Assembly (NCBI GenBank): GCA_024704765.1
Contig: JAKMXF010000011.1
Span: 603,557-667,556 of the forward strand
Source: Oopsacas minuta
Lineage: Eukaryota; Animalia; Porifera
DNA length: 64,000 nucleotides
Reading direction: 5' to 3'
A program made the position numbers and the translations under genes. The notes under the pieces are model-generated. The model did no database searches, had not been told where the DNA came from, and was given only the letters and a program-made list of their open reading frames with translations. Shown here piece after piece: positions 57,101 through 64,000 of this stretch (the stretch's first letter is position 1; the number at the start of each line of letters is the position of its first letter).

Positions 57101-60100
57101 AGGATGGGTTTGGGCTGTGTAGAAGAGAACGTAGTATTTATGGAAGCAAATTTTTGTCTCGAATTGTCTCCATACAGTAGTGAACTCTCATTCCCGATAT
57201 GACGTCAAAATTTTCAGTCTGTTACGGCCTTCTCAAGAATGAGAACATTTGGTTATTTTCAATACCGGATGAGAAATATAAATTTCTACTATCCCTTTGT
57301 ATCCGTATCAACGAAGCTAAATATCTAATATCTAATAGCAATCAGAATCTTGTATTTTGTAATATTATCAACAATTTGGACAACACGATAGAGGTATAAG
57401 GTATCCTGTACTAAATTAGGTTACTGGTAAGAACGTGTACTCATTCAATAGAAAGGTAGAAGTATCAAATTATCCGCTTAGTAAGCTGATTGAGAAAGAA
57501 CGAAAGGCTAGACAAGCTGCGATAGAGAGAATAGAAATAGTGAAGGAGTGTATTGATGCTAGAGAAGATCTAGATGGTGATATTGGACCGGGTATTTATA
57601 AGACTCAGGTATGTTGATAACTTGATATATACCGCAGATATATTATATGTATTTTCGCAAAGAAATCATTATCTTATTTGTGCGACAATAACTATAGGGG
57701 TCCGAATTAACGGCCCCCGCTTATTATTTTTTATATTTTAGATATCTCGTATTGGACAGAAGACCGAGGATGAAGATGATGTAGATGATAAAGGAGCTAT
57801 GGGAGGTAATAAAGAAGAGGACATTGATAGAGAATCTATTGAGGGTAGGAAAGCTGAGACACACGGAGGAATAGTTATACCTTCACAGTTTAATACAAGA
57901 AGTATATTGTCCTGCAGAGATTTAGTATTGATTCTACATCAGTCTGTATTTAAGGTAGGTCTGGGTGAAAATTTTGTCAGATTTCTTGAATTTTTGTGTA
58001 GTAATAATAAAAATTATGGCACATGTCACATATCCAATACTGCAATAATAAACAATTTCCTAAGTTGTATTGAGTACTTGTAAGTTATTGTGTTTATTCT
58101 CATCTACGTAATTATTGTTATTTTAACGTTAATTATTTATTATACAATATTTAGTTTTATTATATTAATAATTAACAAATTTAACTTTTCCTAGAAGAAA
58201 AATCTGTAAACACACAAATGTATGGGAAATCTATTTATCTTAAAATGGTGTGTCTAGGTGAAGCAGTTCTTCAATCAAGAGTTCGATGAAGTTCTAAAAT
58301 TGAAACAATCTGAAGTAATGCGAACGAATGAGCGTTGTTTTCGTATCAGACAGATTCTGCAAGATCTCAAAACGAAACACAAAATTGAATTTTATACTAA
58401 GAGTGAGACACTAGCAATGCATGCTTTCGAAGAGCCTGGAAGATTACTAGAAGTAAGAGTTACTTAAATTTGTAACTATTGGATATATTACTTGTTTCTC
58501 ATCAATGATTTTCGACGAAACTCTGGGGTTTTTTATTGTATGGATATTCAGTAGACAGTAATTTGTAGGTACAAATTAGTAGTCCATTAGTTAGATGATA
58601 ATACATCAAATTCTTGAGATATTCCAGAAATAATTGGGACGGTGCGCGTCGCAGGGCGGAAATGATAAACAAATATATTCCCACGAATATTGATTTGGGG
58701 TATAATAAGCACTTTTTCGGCTGTATGATTTGTTTAAATGTAAATTAGAACTTTATTGCTATAATCCCACACAAGATTTGTATTTGTAGAGATAATATAG
58801 CTTGCTTATAATATGGAATTCTAACTAAATAGAAATTGAAATAACTGTATCTAATTTCCTTATAAAATTGCCTCAAACTGTATTAATAATGCTTTTCAAC
58901 AAAGGTTATAGACTCAGAAGTTAAAATAGACAAATACGAGACTGTTACAGAGCGTCAGCAGAGAACTCAGCTAGCTCATATTGAAGAAGAGAGGAGATTA
59001 GCTGAGATGGGAGACAAATGGAGAGAGAGAGGATTAGATATGATGATGGGAGGTAAGCTAGAGATTGATACAGAAGATGAGTTGTTCAGGGTGAGTACTG
59101 AGTAGCAGAGATTGAACCGGTCTCCTTTAACTGTTAAAACGCGCTACAATTTCTAAATTGAGATTTAAACTAACACTATATCAATGTATAGCAATAGTTG
59201 CCAACCTGAGTGAAGAAAATAGCGAGATTTCGCGTAAAATCAAGCCAATTGGCAAGTTTGTATCCCAAACAATTGGTCAATTTCAAACTGCCGGTTCACC
59301 GTTGACCGGTCTGTCAAAATATCGACCGGTTCCATCTCTGCTAGGTAGGCTTTACTCAAGGGGCACTATCACTGTGTCTAACCGATCTAATATTTCTCCT
59401 TAAAATAAATGTAACAAATTTAGACTTTACAGCAGTATTCTATACTATATAGGATCTGGTAGAACCCGAGTTCCTTGATAACCCAGCATTATCTGCAGAC
59501 CCTGAGCTACAAGCTAGGAAGCAAGAATGGCAGCTACATGTAGAACAAGTAAAAGAAGAGAGAGACAAACATAAACGAGCATTAGAAGCTGAAATGTCTA
59601 AATTAGAGCAAGCTATGGTTGACGGGTGTCAAAGGGTAGATGACAAGATTCAACAGCTTTATCGTGCTAAAATATCAGCTGATAAAGTAGTGTATCAGGA
59701 AGAGCTTAAGATTATTACTCTGCTAGCTGCGGAAATGTTCACTCAGGTAAAGTGTAAAATTTAACGATTTATGTGCATATTTGTGATTCTTGGAATATTT
59801 ATAGGAACTTTTGAAACAGGAAGAGTTCCTGTTAAAGATGCTGGAGCAGAGTAGAGAGTATAAATTAGTTGCTAATGAGAGAGTCAATGAAATTAAAGAG
59901 GATTTGGATAATTTCACAGAGATGTATGCTTCTAGTCAGATAGATGATAAGAATTTAGATAGGTAGTATCACTAATCAATAATAATAGTAGTTATCTAGT
60001 AAATCTCTCTATGGAGATTGTAATTGAATCAATAATTCAAGCTAGAAAATCAGTTAAAATATATTTCACTCATTTTACTACAGTAGACCCTCGCTGATCC

Positions 60101-62076
60101 AAGCAGGGCCTAGAGCTTATTCAATCTTTGGAAATTTGTTTCAAACGTAAAAAGATAGCTGATATATATCCAATTATACTAGAGAACAATATCTAATACT
60201 ATATTACGCATGTTGCTCCCATTCCATCGTATGTACAACTTTCGAAAAAAGTCCTCCCAGATTCTATAGTATTGTTTCAATGTATTTCGCTAATCCGAAC
60301 GTATTATTTCGCAATCGGAACAGTGGTGTTCGGAATAGCGAGGGCATTCTGTATTCGAATAAATTTCTTGAGATTAATAATCGCCTCGGATATTATTCGA
60401 GGTAATACAGTATTACATTATATGTATAGGAACTTCAGAAAAGAACATTCAGACTTAGAGCCACACGTAGATGCTTTGTATAGACTATTCAGGAAGAGAC
60501 CTAGAGTACAGAAGAGACCTGTAGCAGGTGGTACTAGTGGTGACGTTACACTGAGTATATTCCCTGTTGCATCACTATCTAATGCACAGGTAAGTATTCA
60601 CTATTCACCGTATTTTCTCGTATTATACGAACAATTACAATTCAGTTGTAACTGTGCTACTATGGTATACTATACCAAATAAATTCAATTATTCTGTCGG
60701 GACAGGTTGTAATTTTATATTATTCGTCTATTCAGGTATTAAGGGAAACAACCGAGGAGCTAGACGCTTACACTAATGCTCCAGAGGGCGTAGACTTAGA
60801 GGGCTGGGGGAGATTAGTAGCTGCTAGGAAACAGAAGATAAATAGTGAGCAGAAGTTGAAGAAGCAAGCTCTGGAGCTAGCAGAAATACAAGCTTACCAT
60901 CAAGATATGGTTAAGCAAGATGAACATGCACAAAGTGAGACAGATACTACTAATATTGAGTTAGATAGACTCAGAGGTGTTAAAAACCGGTTATACTTTA
61001 ATATACAAGTACAGCTGTTGGTAAAACAAGGACAGGTTTGTTAAGCATGAACAATGTTTTGTGTTAATAATCTAGAAAGTATGTATCCAGCCAATTTTGC
61101 TTAGTTGCAAAAATTCATGCTACAAGTTTGAAATTTTGTGTGTGTCACAGTCAGTGTAAACTGTAAAGTATGATATCTCTAGGTAGAAATTTCAAAACAT
61201 TCAGCGCAAACGCAGCACAAACAAGCAAATAATGCTTATATTAATGAAAATCATCGAACCAATATTTATTATCTATTATATCGTATTTACAGGTAGAAGT
61301 AGAGGATGGAGGTTGTTTCCTAACAGATCATTCAGACAGTATTCTAATATTCAAACAAACAATAGACGAGTTGAATAAACAAGTAAAGTTACTTGGCAAA
61401 GAAAAGCTAGAACGGATGAGACAGAATATGGAATTTAAACGAGGAATACATTTGCTAGAATGGGAACATCGTAAGCTGAGAATGCAAGCTGAAGATCTGC
61501 AGAAGAAAGCTAAAGAAATACAAACTCTTAAACTTACTAAAGATGTACAGATTAGAATGCAGGCATCTCAGAGTTTGGGAAGGAGTAATAAAGCTGATAT
61601 GGAGCTGTTAGAGCAGGAATTGGAGTATAAGAAGAATGCACACGATTCTAAGGTTGGTTGATAATTAGAGTGGAGATTATATATTTTGATGAGAAATCAT
61701 GTAGTGACTAGTGAGGCAGATTTTTAAGGAGATTTTCGCATATTTAAATAATTTAAATAATTTTTCTGTATAGATTTCATCATTAGACTTACAGTTATCA
61801 CAACTAAACAAAGAAATATCAAAGAGACGTGACGACAACGAAAGCCTAGAGGGAGACATGCAAGAAGCCGCCGTAGCAGAAGCTGAAAGGTCTAGACTGG
61901 TGGAAAGGGAACGACCAGATCCTCAGGAACTCTCGAATAAGCGTGTGAGAGGTGTAATGCTCCGTAGGAGAATGCTTGATATGGTTAAAGCACAGGCCCG
62001 AGAAATATCCGCACTACAATCAGAATTGGAGAGACTTAGACTCAAAACATTCCCTGCACTCTTACAACTGAGCTAA
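48119..62076 (+). CDS. CFAP43: Cilia- and flagella-associated protein 43 (WDR96), 18 exons, ~1710 aa
   Basis: Phase-consistent exons: 48119-48459, 49023-49255, 49783-49982, 50074-50531, 50598-50785, 51321-51541, 55106-55868, 56583-56953, 57420-57608, 57742-57954, 58258-58452, 58905-59090, 59453-59746, 59805-59962, 60430-60589, 60736-61035, 61293-61652, 61774-62076 (5133 nt). WD40 N-half, coiled-coil C-half, motifs RERGLDMMMGGKLE, LYRLFRKRPR and terminal ERLRLKTFPAL. Confidence 0.88.
53200..54294 (+). CDS. HVCN1: Voltage-gated proton channel Hv1, intronless, nested in CFAP43 intron 6
   Basis: S1 LVLLDVFLV (selectivity Asp), S2 ILEIVLK, S3 FEVFDAVIVITSF, S4 RLWRVVRI (RxWRxxR signature), C-terminal coiled coil, no pore domain. 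Start 53200 preferred to 52975. Confidence 0.92.
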   Translation: MSNSSSKRSKVLTRLETVEEVGSVMSDLPNSNTYNLDNDQLMRDSINISLQKDIRKRKLNPLSVEETDTTNVSTQAWREKLQKSLRSLRFHALVTVLVLLDVFLVLVDLILNGDIIHGECLKDDDCSVSQCSKDLIENCPCPINITISPSNSSNSICRLVGFKRECVSIEDTSVPVILILNGISLFILFIFILEIVLKLVAFRLRFFKKFFEVFDAVIVITSFIMEFVKYVFSLEQHLSHSNNNADSIEKLQFFDLLIAFRLWRVVRIITGALASYNTAKTQRHKTEVHKIVLTENKRYTELFNEYEYASDEILRLRKLLINMKANPFPAGYQLTLFEVQDLGIESSNYDLVERRSSLYNETTI

Positions 62077-62082
62077 CTATTA

Positions 62083-62106
62083 TATTATTATTATTATTAT
62101 TATTAT
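62083..62106. repeat. (ATT)n microsatellite in the CFAP43 3' region
   Basis: Direct reading just after the TAA stop. Confidence 0.9.
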
Positions 62107-63055
62107 ACAGATGATTATACTTATTTATCATATATTAAATGACGTAATCAGTTACATTATACTCTCATTTACAGAAATATTTTAGGGATAATTATCATAG
62201 AAATTATCGGAGTGTACGCTACGTTAGTCTTCCTCAATGTGCGGAGGCTGTATACAAAAGATTGTTAACAAATCCTCGAATCTACAGATTTTATGAACAT
62301 TGGAGCTAATTATAGCATACACTTTGGGCTGTTATGCTGTTGTGGTATTGTAATTGCGTGGGCAGATATCCCTATATATCTCACAATTAATAAATTAGCA
62401 GCTCAGCGTCGAAATACCTACTCCTCGATGATACAATACAGTTTGAACCTAAGTACGTAATAGTCATTGAGAAATGTTTCAAACTACCATCGAATATTTA
62501 TGAGAGTCTATAGGCGTGGCGGAAACAAAATGAAAGTTGTACAAATACCATACATTTAATGCAGATTCCAGAAAAAGTGGAACGGAACTTGCCTGACCGG
62601 TTTCACCAGCCCTGGCCTACCTCAAATATAATGGAACGAAGTGTCAGTTTATTGGATACCGACATTTCGTTCCAAAAATATATTGAATCAGGTCCTAGAG
62701 GCATTCATTGAGTTTGGGGAGTGAGAACTGACCGTGGATAAGTGATGGGACGAAATAGTAAAAACTACATCAAAATTAAGAGAATAGTTCCAGTAAAGGA
62801 ATGTTAATAGAACATTGTTACACACATCAATGAACCAATAATAAATACACACAATCTTGATGAACAATCAAACAAACTCTGAAATGAGAGAGAACTCACT
62901 ATTAAAATAATCAATAGCAGGCTTAATAACCTACCAACCTACAAACATAGAGTCTACTCGAAATATATATTAAACAACCTAGCAAGTTAAAAGCACTGTA
63001 CAATCCTGGAGTAGAGGGTACAAACAACTTTTTTCTCTTCTAATTTACTTTCATT

Positions 63056-64000
63056 CTAGGATACTTGGTCCATATTTGCTTCTAGGAGTAGAATTCCTGA
63101 TTCCTTTCTTGGAGGCATTCGTTCATTTCCTTTATCTAAGTCTTTCGCTTGATCGAATGATTTTATTTCACAGATTCCTTTCACCTCTAATTTGTGTATA
63201 GCTGTAGAAGATAATGTATAGTGAAACTCAAATAAGACATATCACCTCGAGAAACGGTTAATTCCACTTAATCGTGCAAAATGACCTGCCCTAAGCCCTG
63301 AAGTTACCCTACTGAGCAGACTCTATTGTATTTAAATATTAAAAACAACTGTATTTGGTGGCTATCACTGACAACTATCCAATATCCACTATTATTATAT
63401 TGTATTAATAAAACTCGAATAACCTGATGCTAATCCCTCTTTCCCTTGTTGTAGAATTCCATAAGGTAATTCACCAGCTGGTGTAAGTCCCTTCAGTCTA
63501 ACTACATTCTCACTCTCCTCTCTGTAGAATAAAACGAAAGTAAATTACATGTCTTTCTAAGGTATATCCTGATTAAGTTTTAACCATGGATGGAAGATTT
63601 ACTGTATCTTCTTGGGTTTTGTTCTAGGTCATTTTGAAGTACTCCTCGCTTGGTTGGAGCGAGGATTTCTATAGAACATAAATCCACCATCCATGGTTAC
63701 ATAGGTAATAAGCATATCTGGAGACCATTTTTATCAAAGCACAATACCTGAGAACACTGAAAACTCGTTGTATCTTCCCTATAGCTCTTATCTTGCTCTT
63801 TATTACTTCTTTTCTATCAGGCACGTCAGGTGGAATTTCCTCATCTAATTATCGTTATAATTACGCATAATACTATACAGGTATTGGAAATTTTGTACTT
63901 TGACTTACCAGTACTATCGTCACTACCGTCATCATCCTCTGGACATATCTTTAGGATATTGAGTAACATTTCTGTAACTTTCTCTCCAACGAATGGAAGA
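63056..64000 (-). CDS. PPP3C: Calcineurin A catalytic subunit, last four exons (5' part outside the window)
   Basis: Exons >64000-63909, 63844-63748, 63521-63424, 63201-63056 give [16 protein letters not shown] (CnB-binding), [23 protein letters not shown] (calmodulin-binding), [14 protein letters not shown] and [21 protein letters not shown] (autoinhibitory). Confidence 0.95.

Overview
AT-rich, compact animal genomic DNA with GT-AG introns. The gene content and the many long intronless ORFs suggest a sponge, probably a glass sponge; this is inference, not shown by the sequence. In order, the window holds: the 3' part of a multi-exon Ig-repeat/FN3 membrane receptor; a divergent DP transcription factor; a MULE transposase remnant; an alpha-carbonic anhydrase pseudogene; an SSAT-like GNAT; a variant initiator tRNA-Met; two TPR-SET paralogues flanking an NmrA pseudogene and a minisatellite; a recent tandem duplication of a CYP4-clan P450; FEM1; a second MULE remnant; two DRAM/TMEM150 genes plus a perfect 264-bp inverted copy of one; a divergent TALE homeobox; and an intronless Ig/FN3 receptor. 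The last third has an 8-exon gene with an unusual NT-C2 / thioredoxin-like / coiled-coil / PH architecture and a truncated MAPKAPK5-like kinase in one intron, an 18-exon CFAP43 with a voltage-gated proton channel (HVCN1) in one intron, and the 3' end of calcineurin A. Several MITEs with recognisable TIRs and TSDs are present. All exon models were built by hand from splice sites and reading-frame continuity and need RNA-seq confirmation.
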